Of a stretch of 64,000 bases of DNA, positions 1-9,700 are shown piece by piece (position 1 is the first letter of the stretch; the number at the start of each line of letters is the position of its first letter). Under the pieces are notes generated by a model. It ran no database searches. It was not told the origin of the DNA and was given only the letters and a program-made list of their open reading frames with translations. The stretch is from Hydrurus foetidus (lineage: Eukaryota): positions 3,162,001 through 3,226,000 of the forward strand of contig UYFQ01000001.1 of NCBI GenBank assembly GCA_900617105.1. Direction: 5' to 3'. The translations under genes were made by a program, and so were the position numbers.

Positions 1-1269
1 GTCCCCGCCAAGCGCACCGCGCTGGGTCGCCGTGCCAACGAAGGTGCATGGCCTGGCTTGGCTGTGGTGGGCCGTCCAGTCGCGTTTTATATGGGGTGCG
101 ATTCGCGCGGCGAGTACATCTATAAATTTGTGTCTAAGAAGCTGTGGGTTGCGGCGGATGCCAACACCACAGACCGTTTAGCCACGGGCGCCAGCTACAT
201 GGACGAAGGCACGATTTACGCGGCGCGATTCAATGCCGACGGCACAGGTACTTGGGTCAAATGCGACCTGAGCAACCCGCTGGTCGCGGCCGGCGTGCCA
301 ATCAGCACGCTTAACCCAGCAGGCTACACGTTTGACAGCCTGGCCGACATTTGCGTGAACACCCGCCTGGCCGCTGGTGCTGCAGGTGCAACCCGCATGG
401 ACCGCCCCGAGTGGACATCGGTAAATCCAAAAACAGGCGAAATCTACGTCACCTGCACCGAGAACCCAGACCGCGGGGGTGCAGCCACAACGAACAACAA
501 CATCCCCATGGCCGACGTCGACGCCGCCAACCCGCGTTATTGGGTTGACGCAAAAGGCATTACATCGCAGAACGCAACGGCTGTTGCGGCGCAACGCGGC
601 AACGTCAACGGCCACATCATGCGTTTGCGCGAAACTGGTGACAACGTAGCGGCTGAAACTTTTGCCTGGGACATTTTCTTATTTGGCGCGCAGGCAGTGG
701 CTGACGCCGGTTTTGACGACGTTAACTGGCAAGCCAATGTGAACTTGTCCAAGCTGAGCGCGCTGAACGATTTGTCTAAGCCAGACGGCTGCTGGTTCTC
801 AAGGGCCAGCGGCATTTTGTGGATTGAGACCGATGACAATACCTTTACCGATCAGTCCAACGCTATGCTGCTGGCGGCTGTTCCAGGCACCACCGGAGAC
901 GGCGGCCCTCTCACCGTTGTGAACCTGCCCGGCGGCAGCCCCGACCGCACCGTGACTGCCAACAAATCGGTGGTGACCTACGCGGGCAAGCCAATGACCG
1001 ACACCATCTTCAAACGGTTTTTGACTGCGCCCACCGGCTCTGAAGTAACTGGCGTGGCAGAGTCACCAGATGGCAAAACCCTGTTCGTCAACATCCAGCA
1101 CCCCGGCGAAAACACAACTGCCACAGGCTTTACAGCCGGCATTTTTGAAAGCAACTGGCCAGCTAACGGCGGCGGTGTGGTGGCCTATGGTGCGGGCGGC
1201 GCATCTGGCCGGCCCCGTTCGGCCACTGTCATGATCACCAAAAACGACGGCGGCATCATTGGTTTGTAA
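1..1269 (+). CDS. phoX: PhoX-family alkaline phosphatase (5' truncated by window edge)
   Basis: Frame is open from base 1; motifs MDRPEW, PDG..F, EVTG..SPDGKTLFVNIQHPGE and C-terminal KNDGGIIG are typical of PhoX/DUF839. Confidence 0.88.
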   Translation, partial: VPAKRTALGRRANEGAWPGLAVVGRPVAFYMGCDSRGEYIYKFVSKKLWVAADANTTDRLATGASYMDEGTIYAARFNADGTGTWVKCDLSNPLVAAGVPISTLNPAGYTFDSLADICVNTRLAAGAAGATRMDRPEWTSVNPKTGEIYVTCTENPDRGGAATTNNNIPMADVDAANPRYWVDAKGITSQNATAVAAQRGNVNGHIMRLRETGDNVAAETFAWDIFLFGAQAVADAGFDDVNWQANVNLSKLSALNDLSKPDGCWFSRASGILWIETDDNTFTDQSNAMLLAAVPGTTGDGGPLTVVNLPGGSPDRTVTANKSVVTYAGKPMTDTIFKRFLTAPTGSEVTGVAESPDGKTLFVNIQHPGENTTATGFTAGIFESNWPANGGGVVAYGAGGASGRPRSATVMITKNDGGIIGL

Positions 1270-1321
1270 ATAGTCCAAATGCTGGGCAGCCTTGCCGCTA
1301 ACAACGGCCAACACCCCTGAA

Positions 1322-1357
1322 GGCTTGGCAAGTGTCACACTCGCCAAGCTTTTTTTG
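1322..1357 (+). terminator. Intrinsic terminator after phoX
   Basis: GGCTTGGC...GCCAAGCT stem followed by a T run. Confidence 0.7.
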
Positions 1358-1407
1358 CTATATTATTAGTAGCTGTTTTCGCCCAAATTGATTGGGCTGC
1401 AAGCCTA
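1356..1407 (+). repeat. Dispersed two-hairpin repeat, copy 1
   Basis: TGCTATATTATTAGTAGCTGTTTTCGCCCAAATTGATTGGGCTGCAAGCCTA matches the window consensus TGCTAT-N~7-RTAGCTGCTYGCGCCCRTATTTATTGGGCTAGAGGCCT. Confidence 0.8.
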
Positions 1408-1513
1408 TAAAGCAAGAATTTTTAGCCAATTCAGGCACGCAATCGACTTTTCGCCGCGATAGGTCAAGTTTGCAGTGGCAGACAGTCAGCCTGGCCTCAC
1501 ACTGCGCAGCCAG

Positions 1514-3031
1514 CTAGTCCGCGCGGGTAAAGCGAACGGCAATGCGTGTGCCGGGGCTGTCTGCGGGGGCAGCTGGCCAGGCGTCTTCAATGCTGACGGT
1601 GGCGCCGTGCTGCTGCGCAATCTCTAGCACGATGGCCAAGCCCAGGCCAGAGCCATCAACATTGGTGCCCAGCGCCCGGTAAAACGGCTGAAACACCAGC
1701 TCGCGTTCGGCTTCTGGAATGCCCGGGCCCGAGTCTTCAACCAGCAGCACCAGCGTGCCGCTGAATACGTCGACCAGTACGCGAAGAGTCACCTGGCCGT
1801 GTTCGGGGGTGTAGGCAATAGCGTTGTCAATCAAATTGCGCAGCAACTCTTTGAGCAGCGTCGGGTTGCCCTCAAGCAGCGTTGACGGGCCGCCTAATTC
1901 GGGCCCGTCGTAACCCAGGTCGATTTGCTTTTCGAGTGCGCGCGGCACCGAGTCAGCCATCACCTCGTTGGCCACCATCACCATGTCAACCGGCTGCTTG
2001 GGCAGGCTGCGGCCAGTGGCTTCGGCGCGGGCCAGCGCCAGCAGCTGGTTAACCGTGTGCGTGGCCCGCACGGTTGATTTGCCGATGTGTTTGAGTGATT
2101 TTTTTAGCTCGTCTGCGTTGGTTTCGCGCTGGGCCAAGTCGGCCTGCATTCTGAGGCCTGCGAGCGGCGTTTTTAGTTGATGCGCGGCGTCGGCCAAAAA
2201 GCGTTTTTGGGTGGTGAGTGACGCCTTCAGGCGGCTGAGCAAGTCATTGATTGAAGACACCAGCGGCGCCACTTCTTCAGGTACAGCGTGGTCGTCTAGC
2301 GGGCTCATGTCGTCGGGTTTGCGGGCGCGAATGCGCTTTTCAAGCTGCGCCAGCGGCTTGATGCCGCGCACCAGCGCCAGCCACACCAGCAGCACCGCCA
2401 GCGGCAGCGTAACGAACTGCGGCACCATCGTGCCTTTGACGATTTCAGTGGCCAGTGTTTTGCGTTTTTCAAGTGTTTCGGCCACTTGCACCAGCACCAG
2501 ATTAGTGTTGGCGTTGTTGCTTACGTTGTTGCTTACGTTATTGCTTGCGTTATTGCCTGAGTTGTTGTTTTTAACGCTGGTTTTTCCGTCATCCGCCAGG
2601 TCAACCCTTATCCAGGTGTAGGCCACCCGCACGTCTTCACCGTTGATCTGGTCTTCACGCAGGCGCACTTCGCCGTCGATGGTTTTGTCTTCATCCAGCG
2701 GTGGCGGCAATTCGCTTCCGCCGCCTAAAAATTCGCCTTTGGTGCCGCGCACCTGGTAGTACACCTGATCGGTGTCGTCAGCCCGCAAAATTTCGCGCGC
2801 CGGGCCAGTCAGGTTGAACTGCACCACGTTGCCTTTCACCGTTACCAATCTGGCCAGCGCCTGCACGTTGAATTCAAGCGCCCGGTCAAACGGCTTTCCA
2901 GCAATGTTTTGCGCCACCAGCCAGGTCAACGCCAGCGTGATGGGCCAGAGCAAGATCAAAGGCGTGAGCATCCAGTCAAGGATTTCGCCAAACAGGCTGC
3001 GCCGCTCGCGCTGAAAAATACGAATAGCCAC
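1514..3031 (-). CDS. Sensor histidine kinase, TctE/QseC-like
   Basis: Two TM segments, H-box DAAHQLKTPL, N-box NLIDNA, G boxes DSGPGI and GSGLGL. Confidence 0.92.
   Translation of the reverse strand: MAIRIFQRERRSLFGEILDWMLTPLILLWPITLALTWLVAQNIAGKPFDRALEFNVQALARLVTVKGNVVQFNLTGPAREILRADDTDQVYYQVRGTKGEFLGGGSELPPPLDEDKTIDGEVRLREDQINGEDVRVAYTWIRVDLADDGKTSVKNNNSGNNASNNVSNNVSNNANTNLVLVQVAETLEKRKTLATEIVKGTMVPQFVTLPLAVLLVWLALVRGIKPLAQLEKRIRARKPDDMSPLDDHAVPEEVAPLVSSINDLLSRLKASLTTQKRFLADAAHQLKTPLAGLRMQADLAQRETNADELKKSLKHIGKSTVRATHTVNQLLALARAEATGRSLPKQPVDMVMVANEVMADSVPRALEKQIDLGYDGPELGGPSTLLEGNPTLLKELLRNLIDNAIAYTPEHGQVTLRVLVDVFSGTLVLLVEDSGPGIPEAERELVFQPFYRALGTNVDGSGLGLAIVLEIAQQHGATVSIEDAWPAAPADSPGTRIAVRFTRAD
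2513..2569. repeat. 12 bp in-frame tandem repeat in the kinase sensor domain
   Basis: About 4-5 copies of GTTRTTGCTTRC encoding NNSG-NNAS-NNVS-NNVS-NNAN. Confidence 0.75.
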
Positions 3032-3034
3032 CAG

Positions 3035-3709
3035 CTACCCAGGTATTTTTTCTAAACAGTAACCCAGCCCTCGGACCGTCGCAATGCGAATTGGCCCCTT
3101 CTCAATCTTCTTGCGCAGCCGGTGGATGTACACCTCAATGGCGTTGTTGCTGACCTCCTCGCCCCACTCGCACAGGCGCTCCACCAGCTGGTCTTTGCTG
3201 ACCAATCTGCCCGCGCGCTGCAGCAGCACTTCAAGCAAGCCCAACTCGCGTGCTGACAAATCTACCATCACGCCGTCAATTGTGGCCACGCGCCCGCCCT
3301 GGTCGTAAATCAGCGGGCCGTGTTTGATGGTGCTGCTGGCCGCGCCCATGCCGCGCCGCACCAGTGCGCGCACTCTGGCTTCAAGCTCTTGCAATGAAAA
3401 CGGTTTGGCCATGTAGTCGTCGGCCCCGTAGTCCAGACCTTTGACCCGCTCTTCAACGCTGTCTACGGCAGTCAAAATCAGCACTGGCAAAGCAGAGCCG
3501 CGCGCGCGTAAACGCTTCAAAACTTCCAGCCCATGCATGCGCGGCAAACCTAAATCCAAGATGAGTAAATCGAACTCGGTATTGGTCATCAGTGCTGCGT
3601 CGGCTTCTGTGCCGCTGGCCACATGGTCTGCCGCCGCGCCCGACGCGCGCAGCGTGCGCAGCAAGCCGTCAGCCAGAACCTGGTCGTCTTCAGCAATCAA
3701 AATACGCAT
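3035..3709 (-). CDS. OmpR-family response regulator, TctD/QseB-like
   Basis: Receiver (AEDD, LDLGLP, KPF) plus winged helix (NAIEVYIHRLRKK, TVRGLGY). Confidence 0.93.
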   Translation of the reverse strand: MRILIAEDDQVLADGLLRTLRASGAAADHVASGTEADAALMTNTEFDLLILDLGLPRMHGLEVLKRLRARGSALPVLILTAVDSVEERVKGLDYGADDYMAKPFSLQELEARVRALVRRGMGAASSTIKHGPLIYDQGGRVATIDGVMVDLSARELGLLEVLLQRAGRLVSKDQLVERLCEWGEEVSNNAIEVYIHRLRKKIEKGPIRIATVRGLGYCLEKIPG

Positions 3710-3787
3710 GGGGGTCTTTCGGTTGTAGCGGGGGTGAGGTTTAAATTTTAGGCTTTTGACAAAGCAATAAATTTGTAAACCTCGTCT

Positions 3788-4279
3788 TTACTGGCTCGCC
3801 CCTGCATACACCTCCAGCCCCAGCGCCACCACGGTCGCTACGTCTTGCCCCACTGCCGCTCGAAATTCAAGCTCAGCTTGCGCCACGGCTCGCTCAAAAC
3901 CGCCCAGCCACAGCAAGCCAACTTCCGTAAACACCACTTTTTTCGCCCGCTTGTCATACGCGTCTTGCTCACGCGTCACCAGCCCCCACGCTTCGCACTG
4001 CGTGACCAAATCGCCCATGGCCTGCTTGCTCATGCCAGCGCTTTGCGCGAGGTCAGTCAGGCGCGAGCCGCTGGTGGCCAAATGCCGCGTGATGTGAACG
4101 TGCGCCGCGCCCACCTGGTCACGCGCGGCCAGGTTCGACAAGCCCAACGGCACCAGCGCATCGCGCGCCATTAGCACCAACACGCGCTCATCAAAACGGC
4201 GCAGCGCGTGGCCCATCAGGCGGCCCAGGTGGGTGATGCGCCAATCGTTGCGCCAAGCGGATTCGGGTGAAATTTCCAT
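3788..4279 (-). CDS. MarR-family transcriptional regulator
   Basis: HTH LTDLAQSAGMSKQAMGDLV followed by DKRAK wing motif. Confidence 0.85.
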   Translation of the reverse strand: MEISPESAWRNDWRITHLGRLMGHALRRFDERVLVLMARDALVPLGLSNLAARDQVGAAHVHITRHLATSGSRLTDLAQSAGMSKQAMGDLVTQCEAWGLVTREQDAYDKRAKKVVFTEVGLLWLGGFERAVAQAELEFRAAVGQDVATVVALGLEVYAGASQ

Positions 4280-4356
4280 CGCAGCAGTGTAGTTTATTTA
4301 GTCAGGCAAACTGACTAAAAATAGAGTTTACTTATTTCAACAGTGCTCATACAGTA

Positions 4357-4372
4357 CTGTTCATTCACCCAG
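4357..4372. promoter_or_regulatory. LexA (SOS) box upstream of recA
   Basis: CTGTTCATTCACCCAG = CTG-N10-CAG about 50 bp before the recA start. Confidence 0.8.
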
Positions 4373-4421
4373 TTTTATGGGTGATTCAGCAGATCAATTT
4401 ACCCCACCCCAGGAGATTTTC

Positions 4422-5561
4422 ATGGACTTCCCAAGCCGCCCAACCGCCAATTCAACCCCCGCTCAAATCGCTGCGCTGAACACCGAAAAAGCCAAAGCCC
4501 TGGCCGCCGCCCTCGCCCAAATTGAAAAGCAATTCGGCAAAGGCACCATCATGAAGCTGGGCGACGGCGAAGTGATTGAAGACATCCAGGTCGTGTCCAC
4601 CGGCTCGCTGGGCCTGGACATTGCGCTGGGCGTCGGCGGCCTGCCGCGCGGCCGCGTCGTCGAAATTTACGGCCCAGAATCATCCGGCAAAACCACGCTG
4701 ACGCTGCAAGTCATCGCTGAAATGCAAAAAATCGGTGGCACCTGCGCTTTTGTCGATGCGGAGCATGCGCTTGACATCCAGTACGCCCAAAAACTCGGCG
4801 TCAATCTGCAAGATTTGCTGATTTCCCAGCCCGACACCGGCGAGCAGGCACTCGAAATTGTTGATTCCCTCACCCGCTCTGGCGCGGTCGATTTGATCGT
4901 GATTGACTCCGTCGCCGCGCTCACGCCCAAGGCCGAGCTGGAAGGCGAAATGGGCGATTCACTGCCCGGCCTGCAAGCCCGCTTGATGAGCCAGGCGCTG
5001 CGCAAGCTGACGGCAACGATCAAAAAAGCAAACTGCATGGTAATTTTCATCAACCAGATCCGCATGAAGATTGGCGTGATGTTCGGCTCACCAGAAACCA
5101 CCACCGGCGGCAACGCGCTGAAGTTCTACGCGTCAGTTCGGCTAGATATTCGCCGCATCGGCTCGATTAAAAAGGGCGAAGAAATCATCGGCAACGAAAC
5201 CCGTGTGAAGGTGGTGAAAAACAAGGTAGCATCGCCGTTTAAAACGGCGGAATTCGACATCTTGTACGGGGAGGGCATCAGCAGGTTGGGTGAGGTGCTT
5301 GACCTGGGCGTGGCAGGCCACATCGTTGAAAAAGCCGGCGCGTGGTATGCGTTTAACGGTGAAAAAATCGGCCAGGGCCGCGACAACTCGCGTGAATTCT
5401 TGAAAGAGAACCCAGAATTGGCGATTGAAATTGAAAACAAAGTGCGCGAGTCACTTGGCATTCGCTTGATTGAGCCAGCAGTGAACGCCGCGCCTGAAAA
5501 AGCTGAGAAAGCGCCTAAAGCTGAAAAGCCAGCCAAAGGCACGGCGGCAGTCGCTGCTTAA
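4422..5561 (+). CDS. recA: Recombinase RecA
   Basis: GPESSGKTT Walker [34 protein letters not shown] at 4411 supports ATG 4422. Confidence 0.99.
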   Translation: MDFPSRPTANSTPAQIAALNTEKAKALAAALAQIEKQFGKGTIMKLGDGEVIEDIQVVSTGSLGLDIALGVGGLPRGRVVEIYGPESSGKTTLTLQVIAEMQKIGGTCAFVDAEHALDIQYAQKLGVNLQDLLISQPDTGEQALEIVDSLTRSGAVDLIVIDSVAALTPKAELEGEMGDSLPGLQARLMSQALRKLTATIKKANCMVIFINQIRMKIGVMFGSPETTTGGNALKFYASVRLDIRRIGSIKKGEEIIGNETRVKVVKNKVASPFKTAEFDILYGEGISRLGEVLDLGVAGHIVEKAGAWYAFNGEKIGQGRDNSREFLKENPELAIEIENKVRESLGIRLIEPAVNAAPEKAEKAPKAEKPAKGTAAVAA

Positions 5562-5591
5562 TTCGGCGTAGACAAATACGGTCGATTGTCG

Positions 5592-5629
5592 AATAAGTAC
5601 GGGCGCAAGCAGCTATGAAAATAATAGTA
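5592..5629 (-). repeat. Dispersed repeat, copy 2 (partial)
   Basis: AATAAGTACGGGCGCAAGCAGCTATGAAAATAATAG is the reverse complement of the consensus. Confidence 0.8.
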
Positions 5630-5669
5630 AATAGTTGCTGCCCCGTAGTCGGCTGGTAGGTCATTTCTC

Positions 5670-6206
5670 ATGAACGAGCTCGAGTCAACAAGGTCAAGCG
5701 ACAGGCCTGCAAAGCCGCCCAAATCACCAGGCAAATCTCCAAGTAAGGGCGGCTTTGCGTTGTCGCTAAAAGGCCGTGCGCTGCGGCTGCTCGCCACGCG
5801 GGAGCAGTCCCGCAGTGAGCTTGAAAAAAAGCTAAAGCCGCACGAAGAAACGCCCGGCCAAATCGCGCAGGTACTAGATGATCTGCAAGCCAAAGACTTC
5901 ATCAGCGAAGCGCGTGTAGTTGAATCGGTCATCAACCGCCGCCAAGCCAAGCTGGGCGCATCGCGCATACGCCAAGAGTTATTTAGCAAAGGCATCGACA
6001 AAGAAGCGGTAGTTGAAGCCATGGCAGGCCTGAAAGCCACCGAACTCGACCGCGCCAGAGAGCTGTGGCAAAGAAAATTCGGCGCCAGGTCAGATGGCCA
6101 GCTGCCAGACCGCGCCGCGCAGGCCAAGCAAATGCGCTTTCTAGCAGCGCGGGGTTTTAGCGGTGATGTAATTCGGCGGGTGTTGGCACCGCCGGATGAT
6201 GAATAG
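5670..6206 (+). CDS. recX: Regulatory protein RecX
   Basis: ALRLLATREQSRSEL...FLAARGFS; directly downstream of recA. Confidence 0.95.
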   Translation: MNELESTRSSDRPAKPPKSPGKSPSKGGFALSLKGRALRLLATREQSRSELEKKLKPHEETPGQIAQVLDDLQAKDFISEARVVESVINRRQAKLGASRIRQELFSKGIDKEAVVEAMAGLKATELDRARELWQRKFGARSDGQLPDRAAQAKQMRFLAARGFSGDVIRRVLAPPDDE

Positions 6207-6250
6207 CAGGGGGCAAAAAGTGCTCTGAAATCGCGATTTCGCATATTAAA

Positions 6251-6301
6251 AGGCCTCTAGCCCAATTATTATGGGCGCGACCAGCTATCAAATCAGTAGT
6301 A
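6251..6301 (-). repeat. Dispersed repeat, copy 3
   Basis: AGGCCTCTAGCCCAATTATTATGGGCGCGACCAGCTATCAAATCAGTAGT. Confidence 0.85.
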
Positions 6302-6365
6302 TTTGACTGTGTGTAGCCGATATATGCCAGCGCTTTTGCTCGCCTCAACGGCGTAGGACTGTCGG

Positions 6366-6410
6366 TCATCCGTATCATCCGTATCATCCGCATCATCCGC
6401 ATCATCCGTA
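6366..6410. repeat. 9 bp tandem repeat x5 in a TA promoter region
   Basis: TCATCCGYA five times, running into TATAAT at 6409-6414. Confidence 0.9.
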
Positions 6411-6444
6411 TAATGCGGAAAATAACTTGAATTGGGTATTCACG

Positions 6445-6708
6445 ATGCAAACACTGACTTCCCGTGACGTGCAAAAAAACTTCGGCCCTGTTGCCGATAT
6501 GGTGGCGGCTGGCCAAGGCGTTCGCGTTACCAAATACGGCCGTCCCGCATTTTTGATCATTCCAGAAAGCGAAGATTCAGACGAAATTTTGCGCCGTGTG
6601 GCCGGCAGGCGACTGACCAGCTTGCTCAAAGGTGGCGCGGCAACGCCTGCCGCCAAAGCGCTGTCCCCCGATGAAGTACGCCAATTGATTGAAAGCTGCT
6701 TTGCGTAA
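6445..6708 (+). CDS. Phd/YefM-family antitoxin
   Basis: MQTLTSRDVQKNFG...VRVTKYGRPAFLII N-terminus; overlaps the downstream PIN gene. Confidence 0.8.
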   Translation: MQTLTSRDVQKNFGPVADMVAAGQGVRVTKYGRPAFLIIPESEDSDEILRRVAGRRLTSLLKGGAATPAAKALSPDEVRQLIESCFA

Positions 6709-7123
6709 CGTCGTTCTCTTAGACAGCAACCTGGTCGTCAGCGCTTTTTTAAACCCCGAGGGCATGGCCTCAACTGCACTGCAACTGGCGGTTGAGCATT
6801 TTGATGTGGCTGCCAGCAGCGCCACTCTGGCCGAGCTGGCCTACATGCTCAAGCGCAACAAGTTTGACCGCTACGCCAGCAAAACAGACCGCATCGCCCG
6901 GCTGGAAGCCTACGCCCAAACCGTACTGGTGTTCGACGTGCAGCTGGAAGTGGCGCACTGCAAAGACCCCAAAGACAACAAATTCTTGTCCCTGTGCACC
7001 ACGGCTGGCGCAAAAGTGCTGGTCACAGGCGACAAAAAAGACCTGCTGGTGATGCACCCTTATCAAAACACCGCAGTGCTGGGCGTGCGGGCGTTTGTTG
7101 ATGGATATAAACCGTATCTATGA
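6689..7123 (+). CDS. PIN-domain putative toxin
   Basis: LLDSNLVVSA, CKDPKDNKFL, LVTGDKKDLL acidic PIN motifs; start may be TTG 6701. Confidence 0.85.
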   Translation: MKAALRNVVLLDSNLVVSAFLNPEGMASTALQLAVEHFDVAASSATLAELAYMLKRNKFDRYASKTDRIARLEAYAQTVLVFDVQLEVAHCKDPKDNKFLSLCTTAGAKVLVTGDKKDLLVMHPYQNTAVLGVRAFVDGYKPYL

Positions 7124-7330
7124 AGGCGGAAACACTGTCTTCAGCACTTCTCAGTTGGGCGTGAGACCGCCAGACCAGTAAGTACCAATGCCAACTGCTC
7201 CCGGACACACAGCATAAAAATGCTGACTGTTAGCTTTGAGCAAAGCGATGAATGCTCATCAATGCAACTGAGGGTCGTCACTGTATTTAACGACTAAAAC
7301 ATGGCTAGTCTGTTAAACTAGTCTAATATT

Positions 7331-7636
7331 ATGCGAAATTCAACCCAACAAGCTAGCTTAGCCCCCTGGCGGCTTCAAGACGCAAAAGCGCAGTTCAGCG
7401 CGTTGGTCGACAACGCCATGCGCGGCGTACCCCAGCACGTGACTCGCAGCGGCAAGCGTGCTGTGGTCGTGCTGTCAGAGCTTGATTTTGAAGCGTTGCA
7501 GCGCAGCGCGGCCGGTCGGCCACATGCTTCGCTAAATTTTGTTGAGCACTTGTTGGCCATACCAAAAGTTGCGGCTGTTGACGAGTCGAACGCACCGCAC
7601 CTGAATGTGCAGCCACGGGATGTTGATTTTTCATGA
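7331..7636 (+). CDS. Phd/YefM (prevent-host-death) antitoxin
   Basis: WRLQDAKAQFSALVD...PQHVTRSGKRAVVVLS. Confidence 0.88.
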   Translation: MRNSTQQASLAPWRLQDAKAQFSALVDNAMRGVPQHVTRSGKRAVVVLSELDFEALQRSAAGRPHASLNFVEHLLAIPKVAAVDESNAPHLNVQPRDVDFS

Positions 7637-8049
7637 TTTTGCTAGACACCGTGGTGCTGTCTGAGCTGCGTAAAAACAGACCCAATGCGGGCGTGCTCGA
7701 CTACCTAAAAGCGCAGGTGCCAGAGACGGTCTTTTTAAGCGCCATGACAATTGGCGAGATCGAGGCTGGCATTGAAAAACAGAAAAGCGTAAGCCCGGCA
7801 TTCGCCGAAGAGCTTTCGCAATGGTTGTCTTTAATGGAGCTGCAGTTTGCCCAATTCATCTTGCCCGTTACGCCCGCCATCGCCAAACTGTGGGGGCGGT
7901 TGTGTGTGCAAACCGGCAACAAGGGCATCGACAACCTCATTGCCGCAACGGCGCTTGCGCACAACTTGACCGTTGTCACGCGCAACGTAAAAGACTTTGA
8001 AGTCGCAGGCGCGCGAGTGTTCAATCCGTTTGTCACAGAAGCCGCTTAA
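7633..8049 (+). CDS. vapC: VapC-family PIN toxin
   Basis: LLDTVVLSELRK, TIGEIEAG, DNLIAATALAHNLTVVTRNVKDF; ATGA overlap with the antitoxin. Confidence 0.9.
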   Translation: MILLDTVVLSELRKNRPNAGVLDYLKAQVPETVFLSAMTIGEIEAGIEKQKSVSPAFAEELSQWLSLMELQFAQFILPVTPAIAKLWGRLCVQTGNKGIDNLIAATALAHNLTVVTRNVKDFEVAGARVFNPFVTEAA

Positions 8050-8095
8050 ACAGCCATTTGCAGGCCTTTTTAGCAACAATTAAGTGCTGAAAATG

Positions 8096-8133
8096 AATAA
8101 ATACGGGCGCGAGCAGCTATTAAATAAAGAGCA
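8096..8133 (-). repeat. Dispersed repeat, copy 4 (partial)
   Basis: AATAAATACGGGCGCGAGCAGCTATTAAATAAAGAGCA. Confidence 0.85.
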
Positions 8134-8147
8134 AATAAAATGAAAAC

Positions 8148-8705
8148 GTGCAAGCCTTCCTGATCTCAACCGGCATCGTTGCCCTGGCCGAAATGGGCGA
8201 CAAAACCCAATTGCTGGCCTTGGTTTTAGCCGCACGCTTCAAAAAGCCTTGGCCCATCGTGCTGGGTATTTTTGTAGCCACGGTACTCAACCACGCCATG
8301 GCCGGGGCGCTGGGCGCATGGGTCACCACCCAAATAAGCCCACAAACCCTGCGCTACATTCTCGGCGCGTCCTTCATCGCTATGGCCGTGTGGATGCTGG
8401 TGCCCGACAAGTTGGACGCCGATGCCGACAGCAAGGCCCCGCGCTTCGGCGTGTTTGGCACAACAGTCGTGCTGTTCTTTTTGGCGGAGATGGGCGACAA
8501 AACCCAAATAGCCACCGTCATGCTGGCCGCCAGGTTTGACGCGTACGTCGCCGTGGTGGCCGGCACCACGCTAGGCATGATGCTGGCCAACGCACCAGTG
8601 GTGTGGCTGGGCGAACGCATGACGCGACTGGTGCCGCTGCGCGTGGTGCACGTCGTTAGCGCGGCTATTTTCTTGGGGCTGGGGCTGTGGGCGCTATTGA
8701 GTTAG
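8148..8705 (+). CDS. TMEM165/GDT1 (UPF0016) family Mn/Ca transporter
   Basis: Duplicated LAEMGDKTQ signature, multiple TM helices. Confidence 0.93.
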   Translation: MQAFLISTGIVALAEMGDKTQLLALVLAARFKKPWPIVLGIFVATVLNHAMAGALGAWVTTQISPQTLRYILGASFIAMAVWMLVPDKLDADADSKAPRFGVFGTTVVLFFLAEMGDKTQIATVMLAARFDAYVAVVAGTTLGMMLANAPVVWLGERMTRLVPLRVVHVVSAAIFLGLGLWALLS

Positions 8706-8742
8706 GAGCTGCTTGCGCCCGTAACTATTGGGCTAGAGGCTG
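8693..8742 (+). repeat. Dispersed repeat, copy 5 (supplies the last codons and stop of the UPF0016 gene)
   Basis: GCTATTGAGTTAGGAGCTGCTTGCGCCCGTAACTATTGGGCTAGAGGCTG; TAG at 8703-8705 lies inside the first hairpin. Confidence 0.85.
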
Positions 8743-8782
8743 ATTTGATGGGTGAAAAATACTCAAAATAGTGTTTTCAGGC

Positions 8783-9097
8783 TCACGCCAAAGCCAACTC
8801 CACCTTCTTCCCCGCACGCGCCGCCAGCGTGACCAGCATGTCCAGGCTGAACTTTTCCCATTTGCCGCGCACAAGGTCACTCACGCGCGACTGGCCGACG
8901 CCAAAATGCACAGCGGCTTCCTCTTGGCTCCAGCCGCGCTCCGCAATCAACAAGCGTAGCCTGCCCATCAGGTCTGCCCGCATCGCCAGCACCGCCGCTT
9001 CGCCGGGCGCAAAACCCAAGTCAGTAAACACATTGCCACTTGATTTGGTGACCACTGCGTCTAGTTTGGCACCGGGGTTGACTTTACTTTTTGCCAT
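8783..9097 (-). CDS. XRE-family HTH antitoxin (HigA-like)
   Basis: SSGNVFTDLGF, SQEEAAVHFGVGQSRVSDLVRGK..KFSLDML. Confidence 0.88.
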   Translation of the reverse strand: MAKSKVNPGAKLDAVVTKSSGNVFTDLGFAPGEAAVLAMRADLMGRLRLLIAERGWSQEEAAVHFGVGQSRVSDLVRGKWEKFSLDMLVTLAARAGKKVELALA

Positions 9098-9413
9098 GTT
9101 GCACTCCAATCAGTAGATATCGTCTGGCTGCCAGAAGGATGTCAGGCTGCGCCGTTTTGGGCGTGGTTTTAAGAAAGCAGTGCAGCACGTACACCGCATC
9201 TGCATGCTTGGCCACATAAATCACGCGCCACTGGCCGCGCAACTTGACCCGAATCTCATAAGCGCCAGCACCCACGGTGGGCATGGGCTTAAAGTCTTTA
9301 GGCATCAAGCCCAATTGCACTTGCCACAACTCAAACCCCATTTCACGCTTGGCTTCCTCTGGGAACTCAGTCAGCGACTCTTGGCTGTTGCCCATGAATT
9401 TGAGTTCTTTCAT
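9084..9413 (-). CDS. RelE/ParE-superfamily toxin (HigB/Gp49-like)
   Basis: FKPMPTVGAGAYEIRV, RVIYVAK..DAVYVLHCFLK; toxin-first order. Confidence 0.88.
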   Translation of the reverse strand: MKELKFMGNSQESLTEFPEEAKREMGFELWQVQLGLMPKDFKPMPTVGAGAYEIRVKLRGQWRVIYVAKHADAVYVLHCFLKTTPKTAQPDILLAARRYLLIGVQHGKK

Positions 9414-9527
9414 GAATTAATTATCTAACTATTAAGATAAATAATCAATCTTGGATGGAAAGAAACATTTGCCTCACCTGCGAACTCAAATAAATGTTTG
9501 CAAACGAGTGGACTAGGTAGAGAGAAA

Positions 9528-9579
9528 TGCTATTCAATTAGGAGCTGCTGGCGCCCGTAATGAGGGGGCTAGAAGGCTA
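9528..9579 (+). repeat. Dispersed repeat, copy 6
   Basis: TGCTATTCAATTAGGAGCTGCTGGCGCCCGTAATGAGGGGGCTAGAAGGCTA. Confidence 0.85.
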
Positions 9580-9700
9580 ACGCACACATGAAAAATAGTT
9601 GAAAACAAGTTTTGAAGGGTCGCCTACGCTTTAAAGCAAATGCCCGAATGCGTTTTAGGCTAAAAGCCACTGTTTTCGCGGGCGAAAAGCGGCTGAAAGT

